In this document: piece by piece, positions 29,701 through 41,148 of the stretch
Layout: every line of letters begins with the position of its first letter
How positions within the stretch are numbered: the stretch's first letter is position 1
Program-made: the position numbers and the translations under genes
Source of the DNA: Owenia fusiformis
Taxonomy: Eukaryota
NCBI GenBank assembly: GCA_903813345.2
Contig: CAIIXF020000001.1
Location: 32,860,001-32,924,000, forward strand
Reading direction: 5' to 3'
DNA length: 64,000 nt
The notes under the pieces: generated by a model
Seen by the model: only the letters and a program-made list of their open reading frames with translations
What the model was told of the DNA's origin: nothing
Database searches by the model: none

Positions 29701-30159
29701 ATTTATCATGTTATCTTATTAAACACTCCCCAAATATGTTTTTAGGGTAGTTTAATGTTCATTTTCAAATGATTTGAAGAGAAATGGCAACATCTGTTAT
29801 TATAAGAAGCTTCAGATTTACCCGAAATATTTAAGATTTTGAGCAATTAAATTGTGTTGCTATGGTAACCAATTGACCAATTAATTTCAAACTACTCACT
29901 ATATATAGGCGCATGATCCCTGAAGATTTTATAGTGATTAGAGTTATGTAACAGAAATTATTAATGATTATCATATTACCCCCTCATAAAATTATCCCAT
30001 GGGGTATAAATGGTGATTTTAAGGTTTTCCACTACTTAGATTTTTCTCGATTTTTGATATGTTGTTTTACTTACCAATGGGTATTGATTACACTAGGTTT
30101 ACTCTGTGTTGCAATTTTTTCATTTATTTGTGGAAATTTACAACGATTTTACTGGAGTA
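26729..30159. mobile_element. Nested long-TIR element with 3-bp TSD
   Basis: TACTCCAGTAAAA...TTTTACTGGAGTA, TTG on both flanks, several hundred bp of diverged inverted arms. Confidence 0.75.
27660..29430 (+). repeat. Degenerate minisatellite, about 21-24-bp unit
   Basis: Dozens of variants of AGACTCTGGAGGCTGTACCATCTT. Confidence 0.9.
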
Positions 30160-31910
30160 TTGCTATACACTCCATATTTAATCCTCCCTGCAAATAACAT
30201 TGATATACAGTATAATATGACATCGAGGATCTGGGGTTAGGGTAATGTGAGACATGAGTTGCTACTTTTTGAATCTCATATTCAATATTCTTTCTTTAAA
30301 CGCTCATATTTAATATTTTTGGAGTGGTTATTCAATTATTTACCTATTTGTTATTCTGTTTATCCCATAGTTGAGCTCTGTTCCATTCTGTTAGCTAACA
30401 TGAAAACACATTTATTATGATATTTTGCAAATGCATGGAAAAAGTGATATCTGTGGAATACGGAAAATATTTCACAGATATCACCTTTTGCCAGGGATTT
30501 GAAAACTACCACCAATATGATGTTTTGTTACATCACGGGGATAAATGAGTGTTGTTTTGATATGTTTTAGTTTAGTTTTATAGGTGGACTATGGGGTAAA
30601 TAGAACATCCTATGAATTTTCGTGATATCGTGTTAATCCACTCATTGATATCAATATCTGCGCTAATTCGCTATGCTAATTTGGCAAGATATTGATATCA
30701 ACTCGGAGATAAAGATGAAATCATTTAAAATCATATGATATCCTATACATATCCTTTACTGTGCCACAACTTTCTCATGTTATATTTTGACACAGGCCAT
30801 CATTTCTTTTCCTTGAATTCATACTTTTGTTCCTAGTTTTAGAAATGAGAGGAAATCTTTGATTTTCCTTGTATTTAAGTTGCTTAAATGTTGCCCTGTG
30901 ATATTGATATAAGTCAAGAGTAAACCATTACAGTCACAGTCGAAATGTACCCATTGCTAGCCCAGAACCTACCAAAATAGCATTTGCATTTTGCCAATAT
31001 TGCCCTATGTGCTTTTCCATGAAAATAGTTTTAATCGTATCTTTTCTTCAGTATTTCATATACTGTATTACATTTGAATATATTTAAATTGGTTTATATA
31101 TATATATATATATTATTTACTTAGACAACAATAAATAAAGAAATTTTTGTAAAAACACCAAAAATGGTATATGATCTTTAAATGACTGTTGTGTGAACAT
31201 CAAAGGTCAAAATTAGCTGAAATTGTATTTTTATAAAGCACAAATGATTTTTCTTCAATATGATATGCATTATTATCAGATATCTTTGGGGGCTAAAAAG
31301 GGCCCTTAATGACATCCGTCCTTTAGACACAAATAAAATTCTCAGCCTCTAAAACCTATTCATGGTCTCCAAAGTCACCTTTTAACCGTTCTTTGAGCTT
31401 TTTTTTTTAGCTTATATCAATGGTAACATATTTGTTTTGAGACCCATTTTGGTGGCCATCTTGGATTTCTATATAAAGCAATTTTTTGACGACTTCGATT
31501 TTGACATAAATGAAATCCTTGACCCCTAAAACCCAGAAATAGACTTCAAAATCACTGTTTTTGCCTCTCATTATACTAAGATATGATTTCTTTTATTTTG
31601 TAAAAAGCGCAATAGCAGCCATTTTGAAAAATGGGCGATTACACCCATAAGCTACCATTCCTGCAATGCTATCACATATTTTCTTACTCTGGAGGTATTT
31701 ACCTTGCCAAAAATCACTATGAGCATTATTCCCCTAACTTGGTACCGATAACCTAAATTTTGGGGTGAAGCTGATGGTCTACAAGCTCAGAGGTGAATTT
31801 ACACAATTTTTGTGTATAACTGGTGTAAAATGTTGCAGCTCTGTTTAAACATTTATAAGAACTTAATGTTCAAATAAAAATATAACAGAAAACTAGATTC
31901 ATTTCTAAAT

Positions 31911-31916
31911 TTTATT
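31911..31916 (-). promoter_or_regulatory. Polyadenylation signal of RPLP0
   Basis: AATAAA on the minus strand about 125 nt after the stop codon, followed by T/GT-rich sequence. Confidence 0.7.
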
Positions 31917-32040
31917 TCCTTGGATGCCATATGGCTGTTAACAACCGGCATTTATGAAAGAAAGATTATCAAACTCTTGGAACAGTCCATGTACAATCTA
32001 ACCATCAACAAAAATGAAATATGATCCAAAGGTAGGTGTT

Positions 32041-32196
32041 TTAATCAAAGAGTCCGAATCCCATGTCATCATCTTCTTCCTCTTCCTCACTTTCCTCCTT
32101 TTTCTCTTCCTTAGCCTCAGTGGTGGCACTGGCGACTGGTGCACTGGCAGCTGAAGCTGCAGCAAACTTCTCAGGGTCTGCCAGATACTCTTTCAA
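32041..32196 (-). CDS. RPLP0: RPLP0 last coding exon (156 nt including stop)
   Basis: LKEYLADPEKFAAASAASAPVASATTEAKEEKKEESEEEEEDDDMGFGLFD*, the hallmark P-protein C-terminus. The spliced CDS totals 948 nt (315 aa). Confidence 0.98.
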   Translation of the reverse strand: MKEYLADPEKFAAASAASAPVASATTEAKEEKKEESEEEEEDDDMGFGLFD

Positions 32197-32840
32197 CTGA
32201 AATTAAAATCTGGCTGATTATCAACAGCAACTAGAATGGCAACAACAACTGGTATTGAAAACATGTCATTTAAGATTATACAGATAAATGAAATATTATT
32301 TTTGAATAAAAAAAATATTAATCAAAAGAGTTGTCTCCTAAATTGGATAGGATAAGTCCTTATCCTATCCTTTTCGACCCAATTTTAAAATTCCCTGACA
32401 TTTCCAGCACCTGTGTGTACAAACCCTCTTGAAGTTCACCCTTTTAGCATCCCAACAGTGTTTTGGAACTACACACTATTTTCAAATATCAAATCTGATT
32501 TCGACCGAAAACAAAAATTCTGAAGCTTTTTTTAGCACAAAGGGGCAACTGCACTTAATGACCCCTATCTCAGCATATATTAGTTCAAACTCTTAAATGT
32601 TCTCCAAATTATAATTTGACATTGAATTAGTTACTGTAAACCTAGAAATAATCCATTCTGGCCATATGGGGGTAATTGTCATTTTGAAATTGATTTTCAT
32701 AAAAATAACATATGACCCTTTGGGGATGAAAGAGTTAACATCTAATTTTGCATTCACTAAAAATTCAAGTGGGGTCAGATTCTTAAAGCTGACCTTTCAA
32801 AACCATCGATTTATTTTACAATTTGGCACTTTATACTAAC

Positions 32841-32981
32841 CGTCTCAGCTTCCTTGAAGGAGATGTCTGTAACAGCAGCAATGGCCAGAAGATTCTTGAA
32901 TCCATTCACAATAGAGTGAGGTACAGAGCATACAGTTGGGTAGCCAATGGATAGTGAAACGGCTGCAATGTTCCTTACACC
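32841..32981 (-). CDS. RPLP0: RPLP0 coding exon 5 (141 nt)
   Basis: [47 protein letters not shown]; acceptor TTTTATTTAAG (AAG type), donor GTTAGT. Confidence 0.97.
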
Positions 32982-35264
32982 CTTAAATAAAATAAAACAA
33001 TAAATAGAATGATACTATTTTTTGTAACTCATGATGATATGCAACAGTTACGTCGAAAGAGAAATGTAAGGCATTTGATTGCATATGTCCCTTATAAACT
33101 ATTAGAGATTTCATGCAGAATTCGTCTTTTTCATGTAGATTTGTAGAAGTTTTTGACCCCTCACAATGAGAGATATATTTAGACTCAAAAGCCCAAAGTT
33201 CTTTCAGCAAACAGTATTTCAAAAGAAGCAAGACATATGGACCTCCTTAAATATTAGTTCAAATGTTGCTGAGCTTTATTATGTTACGGAATCTTCATTT
33301 TCCAGAGACATACCATGGACTTGTTTGGTCAGATCAATTGAAAAACAGGTTAAATTCAAACAACAACAAGGCACAGGGTGAACAATATCATACCTAAGTA
33401 AAACATAGCAGTGTGGATTGGTGATCCAGAAAGCAAGATGGCCACTGAAAAGTTAATTAGCTGTAAAACTTCTTACCATGTTACATGTGTAAAAATTTAA
33501 AGCAAATCCATTCAGCCATATCAAAGTATTCTGCACATTTTTGTCAGATATCGTTAGGAAAGCAAATCTTTAAAAGTAAACCATCGAGGGGGATTAGGCC
33601 ATTTCTGCAGGAAAACTGTTCATTTTTTTCAAGAGAAAATTTACAACTGAATTGCCAAATGAATAGGCGCAGTGCTTAGTAAAATATTTAAGGTCATCTA
33701 GTATTTTTTGAACTGATACCCTTCTAAGATATGAGATCTATTAAAAAAGGCGCATCATCACCTACGTGCAAAATTCAATGTTTTTGCTATAAATCGGTCA
33801 ACACGACCTGTAATAAATAGGTATAAGGGACGTTATCACAATACTAATGACATTGCTCAGTTTTACTTTTTAAGTTAGTTGCCATGTGTTATACAAAAAA
33901 TAATCGAAAAAATTAATATTGGATGGAGGGGAGGGGAAGTGGATTGAGGGGGGGGGAATAATGTGCATATAAGACATGATAAGACATGCTACTTGAATTT
34001 TCAAGATTTTGTTATTAGGTGTTCTGACAGTTTAAAATATTAAAGTCACATCCGTAATCAAAGGATCCATTACCCCATGTACCTAAAGGTGCCCCCAAAG
34101 GTTTCATTGAATATAACACAGAAATAGTTACTTTTATAAATTATGAACACATCCAAAACAAAATTAGGGATTAAAACTAAGGTCATTCAGTACATTTAAG
34201 TTTGACTATGCAAATCATCCTAAATATCATGTTAGGGGTATGTTAGTCTTCACTCATGACTATTTTAAGTATATTGACCATTCAATCAATGGATATATCA
34301 AAATATCATTAAGGTAGGACACAAAGGGCAACATATTGAAAACACAAATCATAAAACAACCCCTAAAATGTAATATATCTATGAATCTTAATTGTGAATC
34401 TCAGTAAAAGTATCACTTTGGTATGCAGTAGGTTTAACCTAGGATATTCAATTTAGAGGACATATTACACATCATTATCAAAGGTGGGACACAAAGGGCA
34501 ACATATTGAAAACACAAATCCCAGGTATTCAACTCAAATATTAAAAATCTAGTTGTGAGTTTCCAATATATGATATATTTATTTGGCATTTTCAAAGAAT
34601 AATTCAATTGAAGCTAAAGGTATAAAGTCAAATGGTTGCTTTTTAAAATTGAAAAGGTGCATGCATGTAGGAGAGTTTGAAACCCATTGTTTTGCTTTCA
34701 AACAAGTGGAGGTATTTAAAACCCATTGTTTTGCTATCAAACAAGTGGAGGTATTTTAATCTATCCATTGTATAACATATAATAATAATTATTACGAAGT
34801 AAAATATTTTAGTTTGACTTAGGATGAGAACTATCTTACAAGCAGTGTCCCTTTAATGGTTAAATGGATATTGATTCCGTCTTTTAGCAATATATCATCT
34901 TTTGGGACAAATTCAAAAATAAATTGACCCTTGGTGAGAACTATCTTGCAAGCAGTGTCCCTTTAAACAGCTACATGGATATTGATTTAGTCCCTCAGCA
35001 ATATATCATCTTCAGGGGTAGGCAATTGAATGAAGAATCAAAAATAGATTGACCCATTAGTTGAGAACTACCTTACAAGCAGTGTCTCTTTAAATGGGTA
35101 AATGGATATTGATTCAGTTCCTCAGCAATATATTACATTCAGGGGCAGGGATGAATGATGAATTAAAAGTATATTGACCCTTTGATTCTTTGTAAAAAAT
35201 AGTTAAGTGTTCATTAGGACGAGAACCATCTTACAAGCAATGTCCCTTTAAATGGCTGAATGGA

Positions 35265-35585
35265 TATATATATATATCTTTTATCGACTCTTTAGATGTC
35301 ATATCATGACATATTAGTCACTTAGGTAGAGCAGTTCTTCCCATTGTCGAGTTGAAGAACTGGTATCTTTATCCTGGCTAGAACCATAGACAATTCTAGC
35401 CAGTGCCAGCCTTTTATCGAGTTAGCAGCACTCTAGTAATCGCCAGTATAGGTCAGCAGTCATAGGTCAAAGACAAATCACAAGAAGTGCTGTGACCTGG
35501 GTTTGAACCCAAGACCTCTACTTTTCAGCTTGAAGCCAGACTTCCTGCTTTTCAGACCAATGCCTTAACCACTAGATAACCAGAA
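35265..35585 (-). mobile_element. tRNA-derived SINE
   Basis: Minus strand: A-box-like CTAGTGGTTAAGG, B-box GGTTCAAACCC, unrelated body, (AT)n tail. Confidence 0.65.
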
Positions 35586-35739
35586 CAACGGCAACGCCAA
35601 AGCGTAGCGAATCCCATCAAACAGAAATGGCTGGCATTTTTACAAACGAAGCGCAAATATCATAAAACAACACACCAGAAAGGCCAAGCCAAGTTGTCAT
35701 CAGAAGAAATAATATGCTTTTAAGTAGCAACCTCTAAAA

Positions 35740-36432
35740 TTTTTGAAAAATCGCACACATAAAAAAATAACACACATAAAAATGGTGGCCATTTTTCAAA
35801 ATGGCAGACTACTCCCTAAAGTTTTTTTAAGACAATGTGCCATGCTTAAAGTATTCACATATCAAATATGAACAAAATCACTCCACTACTTTTCGAGTTA
35901 TAGTAAAATACGTTAAAATGGCGGCCATTTTTCAAAATGGCCACCTTCTACCAAAAGTGCCTTCAGACAGTGTGCAATGCTTATAGTATTCACATACCAA
36001 ATATGAACAAAATCGCTCCACTACTTTTTGAGTTACAGCAAAAATCGTAAAATGACGAGTAAAGGCCGCCATTTTTCAAGATGGCTGTCATGTGCTTCTT
36101 TAATATCTACATTTGTAGCATTATTAATGTCCTTTATAATTTTTTACATTTAAAACATATTGCTATTACAGTTTTACATATTGCACCTAAATTACTGTAA
36201 AATCGTCACTAAAATGGCCGCCATTTTGAAATGAGCGGCCATTTTGAAAATTGGCTTTCGAGCAGAACTTCTACCCCCATAGGGTATATGTGTACAAAAT
36301 ATGAACAAAATCGGGCCAACGGTATTTGAGTAACTGCCCGGACGGACGGACGGACAGACGGACGGACAGATGGACGGACGTAGGATGGAGGCGTTCCCTA
36401 TATCCCTCCGAACTTCGTTTGATGGGATAATG
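35740..36432 (+). mobile_element. Helentron/HINE-like element, same family as 21000-22005
   Basis: Same core (about 2 units), (GGAC)n and 3' hairpin. Confidence 0.75.
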
Positions 36433-39400
36433 ACTCTGTCCCTCTGCAATATATCATCTTCAGGGGCATGCATTAATGATCGATCAAAGATTTTTTTTCT
36501 TTGGGTGAGAACGACCTTACAAGGAGTGTCCCTTTAATGGCTAAATGGATATTAATTCAGTGTCTCTTCAACATATCATCTCAAGAGACAGACATGACTG
36601 ATGAATCGAAAGAAGATTGACCCATTTGATTCTTTGTTTAAAACATTTTAGTGTTCATTAGTATGAGAACTACCTTAAAAACAGTGTCCCTTTAATGACT
36701 AAATGGATATCAACTTAGTCCCTCTGCAACATATCCTCTTCAGAGGCATGCATGACTGATAAATCAAAAATAAATTGACCCATTTGATACTTGTCTGATA
36801 GTTTGTTGCCTTGGTGTCTGGCAGATCCAATATGGCCTACTTTTTGAAACTAAATTTTTTGCTATACTTTTACATTGTATATCTTCCGCAACCAGGACCC
36901 TCTCTCATTTCATGTTTGAACTATGCAATAATGTCGATACTAAACAATAAAGGTGAAATCAGAGGGGGTCTGACCTGCGGAAGCACCTCAATTTGTCAGT
37001 GACTGTAGAAGGTCATCCATTCTTAAAAACAAGAACACAATAGGGTGCCTTTCAAAACAATATGATTACAAAGTATCTATGCATGGTTGATCTGCTTAGT
37101 GAATGTTATTATGCTCAGACACAATGTAGTTTTATACTGATAAGTCAATTTAAGTGTATCTTCAAAAATCAAGATTTTATTCAAGGTTTTGTGAAAATAT
37201 GTGAAAATTACTCATTTTAAGAGTCAGAATGACATGTGTTAGAATCTCTGTAAAAAACAACTTTTTACCATATTCTGAATATTATTTTTTGTGATTTGTT
37301 GAAAATATACTTCTTAAAGATTCATATTATATAAGAATAATACTGGAATTCCACTTTACCCTTTTCGAAAAATTTCGAAGTCCTTATAGGTACACTAATG
37401 GGTACGGATCCTTTAGTCATAGAAAGAACATGATGCCGAATTTTTTACTGCAATGATACTTCAAAACCCTTCTAGAATTATCAAGGTAACATATTACATT
37501 TTAAAAAATACAATGATTTAAAAGATTTTCTAATGTCTGAATTTGACCCTGTTTGCAACATACTGATGCAGAATACTGTGATTTGGCTGATTATAAGTGG
37601 ATTTCCTGGAATCGCAATGACAAAAAAACTTCCAAAATGGCCACCAGAATGCAATGGCCATCGAAAAGTTAATCAGTTCTAGAACTCCTTATCATGTAAC
37701 ATTTGTAAGAATTTGATGTAAATCTGTTCAGTGGTTTTCCTAGAATAGCAATAAGATTTATCTAAAAACTTCCAAAATGGCCGCCAGAATGCAAGATGGC
37801 TGCTGAAAAGTTAACCAGCTCTAGAACTTCTTACCATGTAATATGTGTAGAAATTTGAAACAAATCCATTGAATGGTTTTCCTGGAATTTTGATGTCAAG
37901 ATTTATCCACAAACTTCCAGGATGGCCACCAGAAAGTTAATCAGCTCTAGAACTTACCATGTAACATGTGTAAAAATATAAATTTTCTCATTCTCTAAAG
38001 AACAGGTCCATTTAACAGACTATTGGTCCACTTAGACTTTTTCCAAAAAACTCATTCTTCCATTTACTTTTAAAACCGATTGCAAGTTGTAGGTAAACCT
38101 TTTTTCTTGAGATGTGCAATTTCAAAAGGTGGCATTAGTTTTCAGTTTCTTTGAAATATTGGCAGTAAGAACCCCTTATCACAAGGGTGTCTGAATATGG
38201 GTACACACTATGTTTACCATCAAAATAATAACAAAACTTATCATTATATAGAATTTATTATATGGAACATATGGCATACAAGCCTTCGGAGTAGAACATT
38301 AACAAAATTCAGCTATGTATGAAGTTTACAATTGCAAATCTGGAAAACATTGTCATTTTTTGTTCACTTTGTTATCAAGTTTTAGCATGGTGCTCATTCC
38401 CTTTCATTGAAAATTTAACCATCAGCCCACACTCCCACAAAAAAGATATTGAAACTGTATGATGCAGAGACTGTAAAGTAGCTTCTCTGCAAATTTCATT
38501 TTTGTGGGAGTGTGGGCTCACCACTAAAACTTAACTTTTGTGATGAAAATAAGGCTGACTGGTTTATGTTTTCAATATGGCTGCTAACCTGGCATACATG
38601 TACACTACATAACTGCATGTACAGATTAGGCCATTCAAAATTAATTATATGTTGGCATTCTGATGAAGGGCCTTATATTAAAAACTACAAAACCTTTATT
38701 TATTTAAAGGGTTTTATATATCATTTAATAGTTGTAGTCAAAATGCAATAACACATTGTGGCAAAGCAAGTAACACACCTCTTGATTCTGATGACATTGT
38801 TAATGAAGACAATACTGAAGCTTATATACATGTAGTTTTTAATCAATCTTGGAACACATTTCCCTTTGTCATTTATATGCATTACAAGTACAGAGTACAT
38901 GGGAATATTTTTTCTGAAAACATAGAATTTAGTGACATTAATTATAAAAAATTCTTTGAATGGCCTAAGTGTTTTTCTAAATAGGGAATAAGTAGAAATT
39001 ATTTTAGGCAGTCCTTTGAGTGTCATGCTATTTATACATGATGCTGCCTTATATTTTATGATATTTACTGAAAGAGGATTTCTCTGAATTATTTGTGTTT
39101 CAAATATGGGAACTGCAAATTGGCAAATAACTTAGATTAAGTGTCCAAATAGACATTTAATTTCAAATTCCAAAGCAAATGTCAATGGGCATTTATTAAA
39201 AGTGACCCTATAACTATTTAGAATATGGCAAACCTGTTTAGAAAACTGGCGAGAAGCAATTGAAACAAGAAAATCCATTCTCATGGAAGTGCCCTTGTGT
39301 GCATTTAATTGCAGACATTTTATCCTAATTGCCCATGGGCATTTAAAATAATAATCACATCCCAACTCTTAAAACATGCTTCAGATACTGTTTGAGTCTC

Positions 39401-39766
39401 AAAAGGCAACAAGAACATTCATTTTTGAAACGGGAAAATTTAGTCCCCTAAAAATACCCATATGGGGATTTATTCTCAAGATGTGAGAATTTATTAAAAA
39501 ATATTTTTGTTTCCATTCACATGTCTTCAGTCAGTCACAATCAAAATTAAGCCAATTGCTTTCATTTCTTGTATTAGAAAACGGCAAAATCTTGACAAAA
39601 ATAGCATCTCGCAAAGTTGACCTTTTAACCACCATCAAGGTCAAATGTCAAAATTCTCAGAAATCATATTTAAAGTAATAAGTCATACTTCCTCTTCAAT
39701 TCCATGTTAATATATACTTGTTTTGTAGGGGGGCTAAAAGAGGGGTTTACCGCCACCTGTCCTTTA

Positions 39767-40004
39767 CAATGTACCTTGCATGGCTTATCTCCCTTATAAT
39801 TGCCACACGTGACTGTTGGAAGGTTATGGAATATACAAGGTCATGCCCTCACCAATCCAAAGATTGGGGACAAAGTTGGTTTACAACATTGTGGAAAGGG
39901 AATTCACCTCAAGTTCTGTGAAGAACATTCAGCTCCCATATGCCACATAGACAGAGCCACAATATAATCCAGTAAACTGGTAATACATGGTTGTCAATGT
40001 TGAA
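39767..40004 (-). ncRNA. SNORA73: H/ACA snoRNA, U17 (SNORA73/snR30)-like
   Basis: 5' stem CAACATTG/CAATGTTG; blocks GGCTCTGTCTATGTGGCATATGGGAGC and TCCCTTTCCACAATGTTG resemble recalled human U17. H box AAACCA (39877-39882), m1-like ATATTCCAT (39826-39834), m2-like AAGCCAT (39780-39786) exactly 7 nt before the ACA box. Sense to the host gene. Confidence 0.88.
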
Positions 40005-40150
40005 AGTTAGATTCTAGTGTAAATTTATTGGTTTATTTATAAAACACCTAAACCCAATCTCTATTTTTCAATTAAACTCAAAAATCATGTTTCAAAAACA
40101 AAGGCAGCCATGAGATTGTTTGATCAAGGACAAAAATAAGTACATCTCAC

Positions 40151-40336
40151 CTCCATGAAACGTCGCAGTAGGTCCTCATTGGTGATGTCCAAGATTGAAG
40201 GGCTAAAGACAGTTCCGCTGTCATACACCTGTTGGATGATGAGACCATACGAGAAGGGCGAGATTTTCAACATGTTCAACAAAGTCGCTTCAGATGCTCC
40301 TACCTTGCTCCCCTCTTTAATCAAGTGGACCTCATT
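40151..40336 (-). CDS. RPLP0: RPLP0 coding exon 4 (186 nt)
   Basis: [70 protein letters not shown] acceptor, GTGAGA donor. Confidence 0.98.
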
Positions 40337-40423
40337 CTGAAAAATAAATGCTTAATGAGCATAACATCATCCTGAATTCTCTAATGAAAAACAATAATAA
40401 AAAGCTGCTCACAAATGTTTTTG

Positions 40424-40559
40424 ATGCTACTCAGACTGCTGGGTAAAGCAGTATATTGCTCTCAGCCCTACTGTCCACCCCAGTGGGTCCACCTTATTAC
40501 AGGTTCTGGGGTGTAGTGACAGAAAGGCTCACTATTAAATATCTTCATCACTGTAGCAT
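40424..40559 (-). ncRNA. SNORD22: Box C/D snoRNA, U22 (SNORD22)-like, copy A
   Basis: Box C GTGATGA, box D CTGA, 7-bp terminal stem ATGCTAC/GTAGCAT. Core CCCAGAACCTGTAATAAGGTGGACCCACTGGG matches the recalled human U22 core CCCAGAGCCUGUAAAGGUGAACCCACUGGG. Sense to the host gene; box D about 94 nt from the 3' splice site. Confidence 0.88.
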
Positions 40560-41148
40560 GGCCACTATGTCTCTTTGACAGAAAGTCCAAACTAGAGTTA
40601 CAAAGTGGCAAATAAGAATCTTTTCTGCTAACCATTTTGGCCAGTAAATTTCAGTTACCAGTGGCCAAATAGATTTGGCACTGGCCAGTACAAAATTACT
40701 TTAAATCTCTAAAGGTCCCATACTATATAATTTGGTTAAAAAAGGGCAATGTCGGCCACATGGCATTTGTCGGACAACCCCTTAGCATCAGGTGAAATCC
40801 GGGGCATTGTTACACCCTTTACATTTATCACTTTATCCATAAAGCGATGTGTCTTATTTAAAGTTTCAATAAAGATATCATACAAAAGATGTAACTTGCC
40901 TTCCCTAGCTAACAAGTATCATCCATGGAAAAACACCCTCCTATACATCCCTATATTGTTTAATAGACATGCAGGTTCCAATTTAAATAATTCAAGTTTT
41001 TGAGGCATTTTTTAGAAAAAGCAACAGACATATTTTTACTAGATCAGATGCTGATAAAGATACTAAAAGATGACAGCTTAACAGGATGGCCATGACACTG
41101 AATTTTGGCATTTTTACCCCCTAGGAAAATATTCTAGGGGGTTCTATG

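Larger units (their letters stand above)
22659..31755. mobile_element. Old long-TIR element (about 9.1 kb with nested insertions), possibly Academ
   Basis: About 22660-23000 is an inverted, diverged match to about 31420-31755; the right end reads TAGGTTATCGGTACC on the minus strand; no TSD recognised. Confidence 0.6.
34820..36790 (+). repeat. Tandem array (about 110-150-bp unit) split by SINE and HINE insertions
   Basis: GAGAACTATCTTACAAGCAGTGTCCCTTTAA units at 34820-35265, resuming at 36435-36790. Confidence 0.75.

Noticed and set aside
33200..33305. C/D-like pair ATGAAGA...CTGA on the minus strand
   Set aside because: No convincing terminal stem or recognisable guide sequence.
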